Assembly (NCBI GenBank): GCA_963789955.1
Contig: CAWBMV010000021.1
Span: 42,876-106,875 of the forward strand
Direction of reading: 5' to 3'
Source: an uncultured Candidatus Rokubacteria bacterium
GTDB taxonomy: Bacteria > Methylomirabilota > Methylomirabilia > Rokubacteriales > CSP1-6
DNA length: 64,000 nt
Part shown: in pieces, positions 21,279 through 31,714 of the stretch
Position numbering within the stretch: the first letter of the stretch is position 1
How the letters are laid out: the number at the start of each line of letters is the position of its first letter
Position numbers and translations under genes: made by a program
The notes under the pieces: model-generated
What the model was told of the DNA's origin: nothing
Databases searched by the model: none
The model's input: only the letters and a program-made list of their open reading frames with translations

Positions 21279-22574
21279 ATGAAGCCCACCACTCGACGGA
21301 GCTTTCTACAGACGACCGGTCTCCTTGGCGCCTCGGCCGTCCTCGCCGACGGGTTGCTCAGCGAGGCGCGCGCCGACAAGCCGATCAACCTCGCCGGCTG
21401 GGTCTTCAAGCCCGATACGGTCAAGGACTACGTCAACGTCTACAACCAGAAGTTCGGTGGCCAGGTGAAGTACGAGGCGATTCCGTGGGCCCAGTACCAC
21501 CCGTCGATGGAAACGCGCGCGTTCGGCGGCGACATGTTCGACGTCATGTACTGCGCCCACAACTTCCGTGAGCGCTGGTACGAGAACGGGCTCATCCGAC
21601 CACTCGACGACCTGCCCGGCATCGACGAGCTGAAGAAGAAGATGACCCCGCAGAACCTCGAGAGCCTCAAGACCAAGGACGGCAAGCTCTCCGGCCTGCC
21701 CTACTTCACGAGCCTCTTTACCCTCATCTACAACGAGCCGATGCTCCAGCAAGCAGGGATCAAGGCGCCGGCGAAGAGCTGGGACGAGCTGGTCGAGCAC
21801 AGCGTGAAGCTGAAGAAGGACAAGGTGAGCGACCATCCGTTCCTTCCCAACTGGAACAACAGCCCCTCGGGAACCATGCCGCAATTCATGACCGACGCCT
21901 TTTCCGAGGGCGCGAACGTCTTCGACGCCAAGAACAAGGTCATCGTCGATCAGGAGCCCGGCGTCGCGCGCGCCATGGAACGCTGGCAGAAGGTGTGGAA
22001 GGCCGAGCTGGTCAACCCGGAAGTGCTGACCAAGACCTCGTCGACCGATACGCACCGTCTCTTCTGGACCGGGCGCTACGCGTACCACACGAACCATTCC
22101 TACTACCTCAAGACGATCGCCGGCGAGCCCGAGAACTCGAAACTCGCGCCCAAGAAGGCGAAGATGACGATGTACCCCGGCACCGGCCAGACCTACATGT
22201 GGACGGACTCCTACACGATCAACGCCAAGACGAAGAACATGGACGATGCCTGGAAGCTGACCCGTTACCTGGGCGGCAACCTCGCGGGCGACTGGTACGT
22301 CCAGCGTCAGTGGTGCCTCATCTCCGGCCTCGACAACCCCTATCCCGAGATGTACGAGCACCCGGAGATCATTGCGTCCTACGACCGCTGGGTGGACCTG
22401 AAGCTGCTCCGGAAGCAGTACGAGAAGGGCAAGGTCATCGCCGCGTACAAGGAGCCCTGGTACAGCGAGTACGACGTCAAGGCCGTGCCGATCGTCCACA
22501 ACATGATTCGCGGCGGCACGACCGTGCCCCAGGCGCTCAAGGAGCTCGTGAAGCTGCAGAAGTCGCTCGAGTAG
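21279..22574 (+). CDS. Sugar ABC transporter substrate-binding protein with Tat signal
   Basis: TRRSFLQ Tat motif; GLPYF, PAKSWDEL; AGGAG RBS. Confidence 0.9.
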   Translation: MKPTTRRSFLQTTGLLGASAVLADGLLSEARADKPINLAGWVFKPDTVKDYVNVYNQKFGGQVKYEAIPWAQYHPSMETRAFGGDMFDVMYCAHNFRERWYENGLIRPLDDLPGIDELKKKMTPQNLESLKTKDGKLSGLPYFTSLFTLIYNEPMLQQAGIKAPAKSWDELVEHSVKLKKDKVSDHPFLPNWNNSPSGTMPQFMTDAFSEGANVFDAKNKVIVDQEPGVARAMERWQKVWKAELVNPEVLTKTSSTDTHRLFWTGRYAYHTNHSYYLKTIAGEPENSKLAPKKAKMTMYPGTGQTYMWTDSYTINAKTKNMDDAWKLTRYLGGNLAGDWYVQRQWCLISGLDNPYPEMYEHPEIIASYDRWVDLKLLRKQYEKGKVIAAYKEPWYSEYDVKAVPIVHNMIRGGTTVPQALKELVKLQKSLE

Positions 22575-22587
22575 GCCGCTCGGCGAT

Positions 22588-23577
22588 ATGGCGTCGGCCC
22601 CGCCGGACCGCATCGTGAGTCCGGTCCTCGCCCCAGGCCTGACCGCCCGCCGGTTCCGACTCTCGGAGCGCTCGTTCGCGTCGCTCCTGATTCTCCCGGC
22701 CTTTCTCGTCATTTCTCTCGTCGTACTCTTCCCGCTCGCCTATTCGCTCTGGATGAGCTTCGCCGACGTGAATCTCCTGCGCGCGACGGGCCCGGCGGTG
22801 GAGCTCTTCGGCGTGCGCATCCCGCTCTTCCGCTATGTCGGCCTGCAGAACTATCTGCGGCTCTTCGCCGACCCGAACTACTGGGACTCGTTCTGGCGCA
22901 CCGCGTACTTCGTCGGCGCATTCGTCTTCGAGACCACAGTGGTCGGGCTCGGGATGGCGCTGGCGCTGCAAGAGCGCTTCGTGGGGCGGCCGATGATGCG
23001 AAGCCTGCTCCTCATCCCCTGGTCGCTGTCCCGCGTCGTCGTGGGCCTTCTCTGGATCGGCATCCTCGACGTCGAGTTCGGCGCGCTGAACGGTCTTCTC
23101 TACAGAGCGGGGCTCATCGAGAGCTATATCTCGTTCCTCAAATCCGGCTTCAGCGCGCTCAACGTCCTGGTCTCTGTCTACATGTGGAACCAGGCGCCGT
23201 TCGCGACCTTGTTGTTGCTCGCGGGAATGCAATCGATTCCCGTGGAGCTCTACAGTGCAGCCGAGGTGGACGGCGCCGGCTACTGGCAGCGCTTCCGGCA
23301 CGTGACCTTGCCCGCGCTGCGCGGCATGCTGTTCCTGATCCTCGTCGTGTCCACCGTCAATGGGTTCCTGATGCTGGACCTGATCTACGTCCTGACGATG
23401 GGCGGCCCGGGCAACGAGACGACGACGCTCTCCTGGCTCGGCTTCCAGACCGCGTTTCAGTTCTTCAAGTTCGGGCCGGGCACGGCGATCCTCTACACGA
23501 TCACGGTCTTCTGCCTCATCCTGGCGATCATCTACCAGAAGGTGGTCTTCCGAAAGCTCGAGGCCGAGCAAGCGTGA
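22588..23577 (+). CDS. Sugar ABC transporter permease
   Basis: YVGLQNY, ELYSAAEVDGAG..QRFRHVTLP, LTMGGPG. Confidence 0.92.
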   Translation: MASAPPDRIVSPVLAPGLTARRFRLSERSFASLLILPAFLVISLVVLFPLAYSLWMSFADVNLLRATGPAVELFGVRIPLFRYVGLQNYLRLFADPNYWDSFWRTAYFVGAFVFETTVVGLGMALALQERFVGRPMMRSLLLIPWSLSRVVVGLLWIGILDVEFGALNGLLYRAGLIESYISFLKSGFSALNVLVSVYMWNQAPFATLLLLAGMQSIPVELYSAAEVDGAGYWQRFRHVTLPALRGMLFLILVVSTVNGFLMLDLIYVLTMGGPGNETTTLSWLGFQTAFQFFKFGPGTAILYTITVFCLILAIIYQKVVFRKLEAEQA

Positions 23578-24434
23578 GACTCGAGCGACGCGTGCACCGA
23601 ACGGCGGTCTACGCGCTGGTCGCCGTGATCGCGCTCTGGCTCGTCGGCCCGTTCGTCTGGCTGTTCATCACGAGCGTCTCGTACCAGCGAAACTTGTTGG
23701 CGCGCCCGCTGGCATTGATCCCATCCGAGATCACGTTCGACAACTACCGGATGGTTCTCGGCATGGTTCGTTTCCACGCCGAGGGGCAGGCCGCCAAGAT
23801 CCTGCCCTCGATGCTCAACAGCTTGATCGTCGCCGCGGCGGTGACGGCCGTGAATCTGGTCATCGGCACGACCGCCGGCTACGCCTATGCCCGCTTCCGG
23901 GTGCCGCTCAAGACGTTCTCCCTCTTCGCGCTGCTCTTCACCCGCATGCTGCCGACGGTCGTCTTGATCCCGGCGTACTTCCTTCTGTTCAAGGCCCTCG
24001 GGCTCCAGAACACGCTGACGGGCCTGGTCCTCGCGTACTGCTCGTTCACCCTGCCGTTCACGGTTTGGATCATGAAGGCCTACTTCGAGACGATCCCGAC
24101 CGATCTCGACAAGAGCGCGCTCGTGGACGGGTGTAATCGTCTGCAGGCGTACTACTGGATCGTTCTGCCAGTGTCCGGCCCGGGGCTGGTCGCCAGCGGC
24201 GCCTTCACGTTCATGCTGTGCTGGAACGAGTTCATCGTGGCGCAGGTGCTCAACACGAAGCTCGGGACGACGACCTTGCCACCGGTCATCGCGGGCATGA
24301 ACGGGCAGATCAACATCGACTACTCCGTGATCGCCGCGTCGGGGTTCCTGTCCGCGCTCCCGGCGGTGCTGCTCGTGCTCGGATTTCAGAAGTACATGGT
24401 GCAGGGCTTGACGGCGGGATCCGTCAAGGGATAG
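23574..24434 (+). CDS. Sugar ABC transporter permease
   Basis: GTG start overlapping the upstream stop; DLDKSALVDGC; GLTAGSVKG. Confidence 0.92.
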   Translation: MRLERRVHRTAVYALVAVIALWLVGPFVWLFITSVSYQRNLLARPLALIPSEITFDNYRMVLGMVRFHAEGQAAKILPSMLNSLIVAAAVTAVNLVIGTTAGYAYARFRVPLKTFSLFALLFTRMLPTVVLIPAYFLLFKALGLQNTLTGLVLAYCSFTLPFTVWIMKAYFETIPTDLDKSALVDGCNRLQAYYWIVLPVSGPGLVASGAFTFMLCWNEFIVAQVLNTKLGTTTLPPVIAGMNGQINIDYSVIAASGFLSALPAVLLVLGFQKYMVQGLTAGSVKG

Positions 24435-24906
24435 GTGTCGTCCGCCCGCGGCGACATAGGCCTGCGCCTCATCGCGGCCTTCAAGCTGCTGAAGGCGCTC
24501 CTCCTCATCGGCGTGGGATTCGGCGCGCTGCGCCTGATCCACGCCGACGTATCGGTTCTCGCGACCTCGTGGGCGGACCGGCTCAACATCGACCCTCAGA
24601 ACCGTTACCTCGTGTGTAATTCTTAGCCGACTCGTGGCCGCCGATCCTCGTACCTTTGCGACGATCGCCGCGGGGTCGTTCGTATACGCGGCCGTGTTCA
24701 TCACCGAAGGGGTGGGCCTCTGGTTCAGGCGCCGATGGGCGGAGTACTTTACGATCATCGTCACGAGCTCATTGATCCCGCTCGAGCTCTACGAGGTCTG
24801 CAAACGCTTCGCGGTATCACGGGTGGCGATCATCGCGGTCAACGTCGCGATCGTCGCCTACCTGGTGCGACAGCTACGTGTTGTTCGGGGGTCGAGCGGG
24901 GAATGA
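24435..24906 (+). CDS. DUF2127-like membrane protein, split by a frameshift near 24620
   Basis: GLRLIAAFKLLKA N-half; EGVGLWFRRRWAEYFTII..LIPLELYE C-half. Confidence 0.75.
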
Positions 24907-24938
24907 AAAAGGGGCCGCCCCTTGCGGAGCGGCCCCTT
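24906..24938 (-). terminator. Intrinsic terminator downstream of the TPP-enzyme gene
   Basis: Minus strand GGGGCCGCTCC-GCAA-GGGGCGGCCCC followed by TTTTT (GNRA tetraloop). Confidence 0.85.
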
Positions 24939-24962
24939 ACCGTCGAAGCGTCAGCCGATCAG

Positions 24963-26618
24963 CTATGCCACTTGAACTGCTGCGGCTTGCGCGCAGATTC
25001 CTGCGAGATCATGACGTTGACCAGCGCCGGACCTTTGAACGCGGTCGCCTGCTCCAAGCGCACTCTTCAGATCCTTCGGGTTCTCGACGAACCAGCCCTT
25101 GCCGCCGAACGCTTCCATCATCTTGTCGTAGCGCGCCCCATAGATCAGCGCGTTCGGCTTCATGGTCTGAAGCGGGTTGGCCGGCGGTGTCGCGTGTCCA
25201 GGCCCGATGCCGCCGTTGTTGAAGACGACGATCTTGACCGGTAGCTGATAGCGGCAGGCCGTCTCGATCTCCATGCCGGAGAAGCCGATCGCCGAGTCGC
25301 CCGAGACCGAGATGATCGGCTTGTCGGGATGCACCACCGCGGCGGCGATGACGAAGCCCATGCCGATGCCCATCGTGCCGTAGCTGCCGGCGTCGAGCCG
25401 GTGCCGCGGCCTCGAATTGAAGAGCTGGGTGCGGCCGATGTCCATCGTGCTGGCGCCCTCGCCGATGATGATCGCGTTCTCCGGCGCCCACGCGGCCACG
25501 TCCTTCAGCGCGCGGTAGTAGTTGGCCGGCGCCGTGTCGTCCACGAGCTGAGGCGCGATCTGGGCCGCATTCGCCGCCGCCTTTTCGGCGATCGCGGCAT
25601 GCCAGGCCGATTCCTTGGGGTAGACCCACTCGCGCTTGCCGAGCGCCTGGTTGAGCTGCCCGACGATCGCCTTGCCGTCGCCGACCAGCGCGACCTGGGT
25701 CGGCGCGTTCTGGCCGATCGTCTCCGGCGCGATGTCGAGCTGGATGATCTTCACGTCCTTGCTGAAGCGGGGCGGCAGGCCGAAATGCATGATCCAGTTG
25801 AGCCGCGCGCCCATCAGGAGGACGACGTCGGCATTCTGCAGCGCGTGGCTGCGCGCCGCGCCGACCGACAGCGGATGGTTGTCGGGCATCACACCCTTGC
25901 CCATCGGCGAGGCCAGGAACGGCACCTTCGTGCGCTCGATGAAGGCCCGAACCTCGTCTTCGGCGCGCGAGTAGGCCATGCCCTTGCCGACGATGACGAG
26001 CGGCCGCTCGGCCGACCGGAGCACGTTCAGCGCCTTTTCGACATCCTCCGGCATGGCCTGGGTGCGCGGCGGGTCCGGGCAGCGTCCCGGCTCGTCCACC
26101 CGCGCCTCATCGACTTTTCCGGTAATGATGTCGTCCGGCATGTCGAGGTAGCTCGCACCGGGCCGTCCGTAGATCGCGTTCCTGACCGCCATCTCGACAT
26201 AGAACGGGATGCGGTGAACGTGCTCGATCCCGTGGGCGAACTTGCAGAACGGCGTCGCGATCAGCACCTGGCGCTCTTCCTGGAACGCCCCCATGCCGTT
26301 GCGCCACGACTCCGACGCGCCACCGATGAGAATCATCGGCCAGCCGTTCTGCTGCGCGTTGGCGAGGCCGGCGAGCGCGTGAACGACGCCGGGGCCCGAC
26401 ACCACGAGGCAGGCGCCGGGGCGCCCAGTCAGATAGCCGACGGCCTGCGCCGCATACGAGGCGGACTGCTCGTTGCGCATGCCGACGTAGGTGATGCCTT
26501 CCTTCTGCGCGGCCGCGGCGATCGGCTGCACCGGAAACCCGACGATTCCGAACATGAACTGGACGCCCTGCTTTTTGAGACTTCTCGCGACTAGTGTTGC
26601 GCCGTCGACTTCGGCCAT
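24963..26618 (-). CDS. Oxalyl-CoA decarboxylase / 2-hydroxyacyl-CoA lyase (TPP-dependent); C-terminal frameshift near 25055
   Basis: FGIVGFPV, MRNEQSASYAA, GARLNWIMHFG, RLDAGSYGTMG, GDSAIGFSGME...NNGG TPP motif. Confidence 0.88.
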   Translation of the reverse strand: MAEVDGATLVARSLKKQGVQFMFGIVGFPVQPIAAAAQKEGITYVGMRNEQSASYAAQAVGYLTGRPGACLVVSGPGVVHALAGLANAQQNGWPMILIGGASESWRNGMGAFQEERQVLIATPFCKFAHGIEHVHRIPFYVEMAVRNAIYGRPGASYLDMPDDIITGKVDEARVDEPGRCPDPPRTQAMPEDVEKALNVLRSAERPLVIVGKGMAYSRAEDEVRAFIERTKVPFLASPMGKGVMPDNHPLSVGAARSHALQNADVVLLMGARLNWIMHFGLPPRFSKDVKIIQLDIAPETIGQNAPTQVALVGDGKAIVGQLNQALGKREWVYPKESAWHAAIAEKAAANAAQIAPQLVDDTAPANYYRALKDVAAWAPENAIIIGEGASTMDIGRTQLFNSRPRHRLDAGSYGTMGIGMGFVIAAAVVHPDKPIISVSGDSAIGFSGMEIETACRYQLPVKIVVFNNGGIGPGHATPPANPLQTMKPNALIYGARYDKMMEAFGGKGWFVENPKDLKSALGAGDRVQRSGAGQRHDLAGICAQAAAVQVA

Positions 26619-26737
26619 GAGTTCCCTCCCTGTCAGATTGGGGCCTAAGATCGCGCCCCCAGAGGCCGGAGTCAAGCCCCGCGGAATACGTGGTTCAGGC
26701 GCAGGCGACGACCAAATCTCGAGCGGGGAAATCGACG

Positions 26738-27550
26738 CTACCAGGCGCGCAGAGACAACAGAGCCGCAGGCAAGAACCTCCGCGCGCCGAACCGGATCAG
26801 CTGCACGGTGATGTTGTCCGGACCGCCGCGCTCATTCGCCAGCGATACCAGTCCCTCGCAGGCTCGGTGCGGCGCTTGGCTCTCGGCCATCCGACGAATC
26901 TCGTGCGGCCTCACCTGGCGCGTGAGGCCGTCGGTGCAGAGCACCAGCATGTCCCCACTGCGGAGCGGCAGCGGGCCCTGCGCCTCGATCGCGACGTCCT
27001 GCGCGAGTCCCAGGGCCCGCAGGACGACGTGGGCGCTCGGATGATGCTCGGCCTCGGTCGCGCTGAGGACACCCTCTCGTACCAGCTCGGCGACGAGCGA
27101 GTGGTCCTCGGTCAGCTGACGGATCTGGCGGCCTCGGATGAGGAAGGCCCGACTGTCTCCCACATGGGCCAGGAAGGCGTCGTGATCGTGGACGACCAGC
27201 GCGGTGAGCGTCGTTCCCATCGGCTCTTGGCCCGCGGCGACTCCGCTCTCGCGATAGACGGCCTCGTTCGCGATCTGGACGGACGCGCGCAGCGCCTCCG
27301 GCAACGGCTCCGAGCGCCTTGTGTCGTAGTAGGCGTCGTGCAGCGTCTGGACCGCGAGGCGACTGGCCACGTCTCCGCGCGTGTGGCCCCCCATCCCGTC
27401 GGCGACGACGAAGAGACGCCCGCGCGACCGGAGAAGCTCGGGGTCGTCCGGCTCGAAGGCGCCGAGGAAGTCTTCGTTTCGCGCGCGAACGCGGCCGATG
27501 TCGGTGAGATGAGCGAACGTGACGGTCGTCGTCCGACGAGCGTCACCCAT
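26738..27550 (-). CDS. PP2C-family Ser/Thr phosphatase (Stp1-like)
   Basis: TDIGRVRARNED, VADGMGGH, HVGDSRA, LCTDGL, GGPDNIT. Confidence 0.93.
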   Translation of the reverse strand: MGDARRTTTVTFAHLTDIGRVRARNEDFLGAFEPDDPELLRSRGRLFVVADGMGGHTRGDVASRLAVQTLHDAYYDTRRSEPLPEALRASVQIANEAVYRESGVAAGQEPMGTTLTALVVHDHDAFLAHVGDSRAFLIRGRQIRQLTEDHSLVAELVREGVLSATEAEHHPSAHVVLRALGLAQDVAIEAQGPLPLRSGDMLVLCTDGLTRQVRPHEIRRMAESQAPHRACEGLVSLANERGGPDNITVQLIRFGARRFLPAALLSLRAW

Positions 27551-28275
27551 CACTCGGCGCTCCGCTTGGTGAACCTCGCCTCGCTCGCCTCCACGGCGCT
27601 GATGAGCGTTCGGACCGGTGGCGGCGCCTGACGGCGGCACGACACCGTCGCGCCGTCCAGCCCGGTCAGCTGTCGCACTTCCTGGCCCGCTCGATCCGAT
27701 CGGCCGAGCGCGAAGTACGCGAGCACCAGATGACAGCGGGCGTCCACCAGCGACTTCAGTCTCACGGGCGTCGGAGACAGGCCTTCGAGCTCGACCAGCG
27801 CCTGACCGAACGCGGTCACCGCCTCGCGGAACTGAGCGGCCTGATAGACGGTCTTGGCCTTGGCCAGCACGGCCTCCGGCGATGCGGATCCATCCTCGCG
27901 CCGCCGGTACTCGACCAGTGCCCGCGCCAGCGCGCGCTGCTCCTCGCTCCACTGAGTCTTGCCGAGGCCGGTGTAGGCCTCGGCCAGACTCTGGTGGATT
28001 TCGACCAGCTCCTCCAGGCGAAGCGAGGGCTCGTCGATTTGCTCGACGTCCCACGTGGCCTGGCGCAACGAGCGTACGGCGGTGTCGTATTCACGGGCGC
28101 GGAGCTGGCTCAGCCCGCGATCGAGATTCGCGCGCAGCTCGCGGTCGGCGCCCGCCCAGGTGTACTTCATGAACTTGACGCCGGGCCAATCGCGCGTGAG
28201 CTCCTGCGTCGAGGCGCAGCCTGCGCTCAAGAGACAGGCGAGACCGAGAAGCCCGAAGGTGCGGTTGGGGTTCAT
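27550..28275 (-). CDS. TPR-like lipoprotein
   Basis: MNPNRTFGLLGLACLLSAGC lipobox; helical TPR-like repeats. The ORF track joins it to the kinase only because of the kinase frameshift. Confidence 0.7.
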   Translation of the reverse strand: MNPNRTFGLLGLACLLSAGCASTQELTRDWPGVKFMKYTWAGADRELRANLDRGLSQLRAREYDTAVRSLRQATWDVEQIDEPSLRLEELVEIHQSLAEAYTGLGKTQWSEEQRALARALVEYRRREDGSASPEAVLAKAKTVYQAAQFREAVTAFGQALVELEGLSPTPVRLKSLVDARCHLVLAYFALGRSDRAGQEVRQLTGLDGATVSCRRQAPPPVRTLISAVEASEARFTKRSAE

Positions 28276-29832
28276 TGCTCGATGAACCGCCCGGTATTGA
28301 AATCGTAGCTGATCCGCATGGGCGCGTTGGGCGTGTGTCGAGCGGTGATGCGCAGCAGCCGTTCGGGGCTGCGTTGCCCGTCCATCTCGAAGCGGATGCG
28401 ATGCTCGCCCATCGGCACCCGCAGGCACGCCGCGGGTGTGTATCCCACGGACCGGTCGTCGACGTAGACCTCCGCGAACGGCAGCGCATTCACGCTGAGG
28501 CACCGTCGCCTCCTGGGATACCGCGGCGACGGGAGAGGCCGCCGGCGGGGCGGTCGCGGCTTGGGCCACCGTGGCTGAAGCCGTCGCGGTCGGCGTCGCG
28601 ACCTTCGGCGCCGCCGGGCGCGGCGCGGGAACTGTCGAGGTCGGGAGCGCCTTTCGCTGCGCCGTAGGCGTCGCGGTCGGACTCGCCGGTCGCGACTCCG
28701 TGGGTATCGCGGTCGGAGTCGACGGTCGCGGCTCGGCGGGTGCGCCAGCCGGAGTCGACGGCCGCGCGGTCGGTTCCATCTCACGCGTGACGCTCGACGC
28801 CGGCGCGACGGTCCGCGGAAGGTCCGTCACGCGCCGAAAAGTCGACCACGTTCCGGCCGCGAGCGCGAGCAGACACATCACGCCTGCCGCGACGCGGACG
28901 GGACGCGAGAGAACCGCCCGCCGCACGTCCCGCGCGGTCTCGCGCACGAGACGAAGCGTCCGCGTCCGCTGCTCATCGCTCGCCGCGTCGCGCAAGGCGT
29001 TGGCCAGGTCCGTGGCCGTCGCGTAGCGCGCCTCCGGATCCTTGGCCAGCGCGCGCCGCAGGACTCGGTCGAGCGCGAGGGGAAGCTCCGCGTTGTGGCG
29101 GCGCACGGACGGCGCGTCGGTGTTGACGATGCGGTAGAGCACGGCGGCGAGGTCGGCGGCGTTGAACGGGTTGATCCCGGTGAGCGTTTCGTAGAGCACG
29201 ACGCCGACGGAGAACAGATCGCTACGCGGATCCGCGGCCTGGCCGCGGACCATCTCGGGAGACATGTAGGCCGGCGTCCCCAGCATCGTGCCCGTCTGGG
29301 TGTGACTGGCCCCCAGGATGCGGGCCGTACCGAAGTCCGTGACCTTCGTGACCCCGGGCCCCACGAGGATGTTGCGCGGCTTGATGTCGCGATGGACGAC
29401 GCCGTGCCGGTGGGCATAGTCGAGCGCCGCGCACACCTGGACGACGATCGCCACCGCGTCCGCCAGCGGAAGCGGCCGGCCGCCGAGCAGCAGATCGGCG
29501 AGCGTGCCCCCCTCGCTGTATTCCATGACCATGAACGGCCGACCCTCGGCCTCTCCCACGTCGTGCACGGCGACGATCGCGGGATGCGTGAGCCGGCCGG
29601 CCGCCACCGCTTCCTGATGAAAGCGCTGCTTCAAGCTGACGCCCGACTCCTCGAGCGAGACCAGCTCCGGGCGGAGGATCTTCAAGGCCACGAGGCGATC
29701 GAGCTTGGGGTCGTGCGCCTTGTACACGACGCCGCTCGTGCCGCGGCCGAGCTCCGAGATCAGCACGTAGCGGCCGCACAACGGTGGCCGCTCGGCCGGC
29801 TTCCGCGCAGCCGGCCACGTCTCCTCGATCAT
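28272..29832 (-). CDS. Membrane Ser/Thr protein kinase with Pro/Thr-rich linker and PEGA-like C-terminus; frameshift near 28500
   Basis: LGRGTSGVVY, VALK, HRDIKPRN, DFG, GTPAYMSPE, TM helix; C-terminal LSVNALPFAEVYVDD..GYTP in a shifted frame. Confidence 0.9.
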
Positions 29833-30533
29833 CGGAGGTCGTCCTTGAATGTGAGCCGCAGTCCCCCGATGACGATCTCGTCGCCGTCGCTGAGCGTCGC
29901 GTGGCGCGTCGGCTTGTCGTTGACCCGCATGCGGTACCACCAGGATGTGTTCCGCACCTCGTACTGCGACCCGGTGCGGCTGATGTGCAGATGATGGTTC
30001 GGCCCGCGGCAGTCGACCTGCAAGTCGCAGTCGTCGTCGCGACCGATCACGACCTCGCCGTCGGTCAGCGTGAAGGTCCCTTCATCGCCGCCGGCCTGCC
30101 AGCGCACGTGGGCCCGGCGCTTCTCGACGACGCTTGCCCGGATCTTGGCCAGCTCCTCCGGTCGCATCACCAAGGTGCGACCCGGCTCGGCGTGCCCGGT
30201 CCTGGGAATGTAGAGCGGTGGTGCCGGCTCGGCCGGCACGTGGTCGAAGAAGAGGGAGAATTTGCCGAAGGAGATCTCGTCACCGCGCTTGAGCGGTGCC
30301 GAGCCCCCGAGGCGCCGCCCGTTGAGAAAGGTGCCGTTGCCCGACTCGAGGTCGCGAACGAACCACAGCGCATCCTGGAGACGGATCTCGGCCTGGTGGC
30401 GGGATACAGCGACGTTGTCGATGACGACCTCCAGCCCCATCTCGCGCCCGACCCGTATGACCGGGTGCTCGATGTGGTCGATGTCGTACACCTTCAGCGC
30501 GGTTCGCTCGACGACCAAGGTGAGCTTTGGCAT
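29829..30533 (-). CDS. Protein with two FHA domains
   Basis: VGR...VSRHQA...DLESGNGTFLNG (canonical FHA); second degenerate FHA (VIGR...LSDGDEIVIG). Confidence 0.88.
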   Translation of the reverse strand: MPKLTLVVERTALKVYDIDHIEHPVIRVGREMGLEVVIDNVAVSRHQAEIRLQDALWFVRDLESGNGTFLNGRRLGGSAPLKRGDEISFGKFSLFFDHVPAEPAPPLYIPRTGHAEPGRTLVMRPEELAKIRASVVEKRRAHVRWQAGGDEGTFTLTDGEVVIGRDDDCDLQVDCRGPNHHLHISRTGSQYEVRNTSWWYRMRVNDKPTRHATLSDGDEIVIGGLRLTFKDDLR

Positions 30534-30768
30534 ATGCCCCTCCCCCTCTCCCCCTTCAGGTACAGCAACAGATGGGCCACACCGGCTCATCCAGAAAAGC
30601 TTTGCTCCGCTGACGGTTACAAGGCAGGGCTCTGGAATATCCCCGTCCCGGTGACCATGAGCGGGCCTGCCGGTGACGGAAGTGACACACTGGCGGCATT
30701 CGGGCAGGTTCTCGATCGGTTGCCCCGGGCGGATGGCAAAATCCGGGGGAAAGGGGCTCACGAGATCT

Positions 30769-31714
30769 ATGCCGAAAACGGTGCCGGCGGACTACCAGTG
30801 CAGGGTGCGCAAACCGGATGACTTCGACGCGTTCTGGCAGGACGTGGTGCGGCAGGCCGCCGCCATTCCCCTGGAACGTCGAGGTCGTGCCCGATCCGCT
30901 GCGGACATCGGACGACGTCGAGGTCTTCGAGGTCTTCTACACGAGCCTCGACGATGTCCGGATCGCGTGCTGGTACTGCCGCCCGACTCGCCGGGCGGAG
31001 CGCTCACCGGCGATCATGTTCTTGCCGGGCTATCAGATGGACCCGCCCATTCCCAAAGAGTGGGCGCGGAAGGGCTACATCGCTCTGTCCGTCGCGCCGC
31101 GGGGCAAGCTTCGGAGCAATCGCCAGTTCAACCCCGGATATCCGAATCTGCTCACGCACAACATCGTCGATCGGCACACGTACGCCTATCGCGGCTTCTA
31201 CGTGGACACCTGGCGCGGTATCGATTTTCTGCTCTCGCGTCCCGAGGTCGACGGCACGCGCATCGGCGTGGTCGGCAGCAGCCAGGGCGGCGGTCTGGTC
31301 ATCACGACGGCCGCGATGCGGCCGGAGGTGCGCGCGGCGGCGGCCGGGGTGCCATACCTCTGTGGCTTCATGGATGCCATCGAGCTGACGCACACCTATC
31401 CGTACGAAGAGATCAACGACTATCTTCGACTTCATCCGGACCGTCGCACCGAGGTCGAGGACACGCTCGCGTACTTCGACGGGATCAACTTCGCCGACGG
31501 GATCACCTGCCCGATCGTCGTGAACATCGGACTGCAAGACAACGTGTGTCCGCCGGAGACGGGCTACGCGCTGTTCAACCGGATCGGCGCCGGCGACAAG
31601 CAGCTCTACCCCTACGATGGCCACGGCCACGACGGCGGGCGCGCGCGCCACGGCGCCATCGTCGACCGATTCTTCGCCCAGCATCTCCAGAGCGGACAGG
31701 TGAGCGACCGATGA
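30769..31714 (+). CDS. Acetylxylan esterase / cephalosporin deacetylase (CE7), frameshift near 30875
   Basis: PDDFDAFW, GSSQGGG nucleophile elbow, PYEEI, GLQDNVCPP, GHGH. Confidence 0.88.

Noticed and set aside
27550..29940. Kinase-TPR fusion (796-aa ORF)
   Set aside because: The kinase's PEGA-like tail is in another frame ending at 28272, and the TPR part has its own ATG and lipobox.
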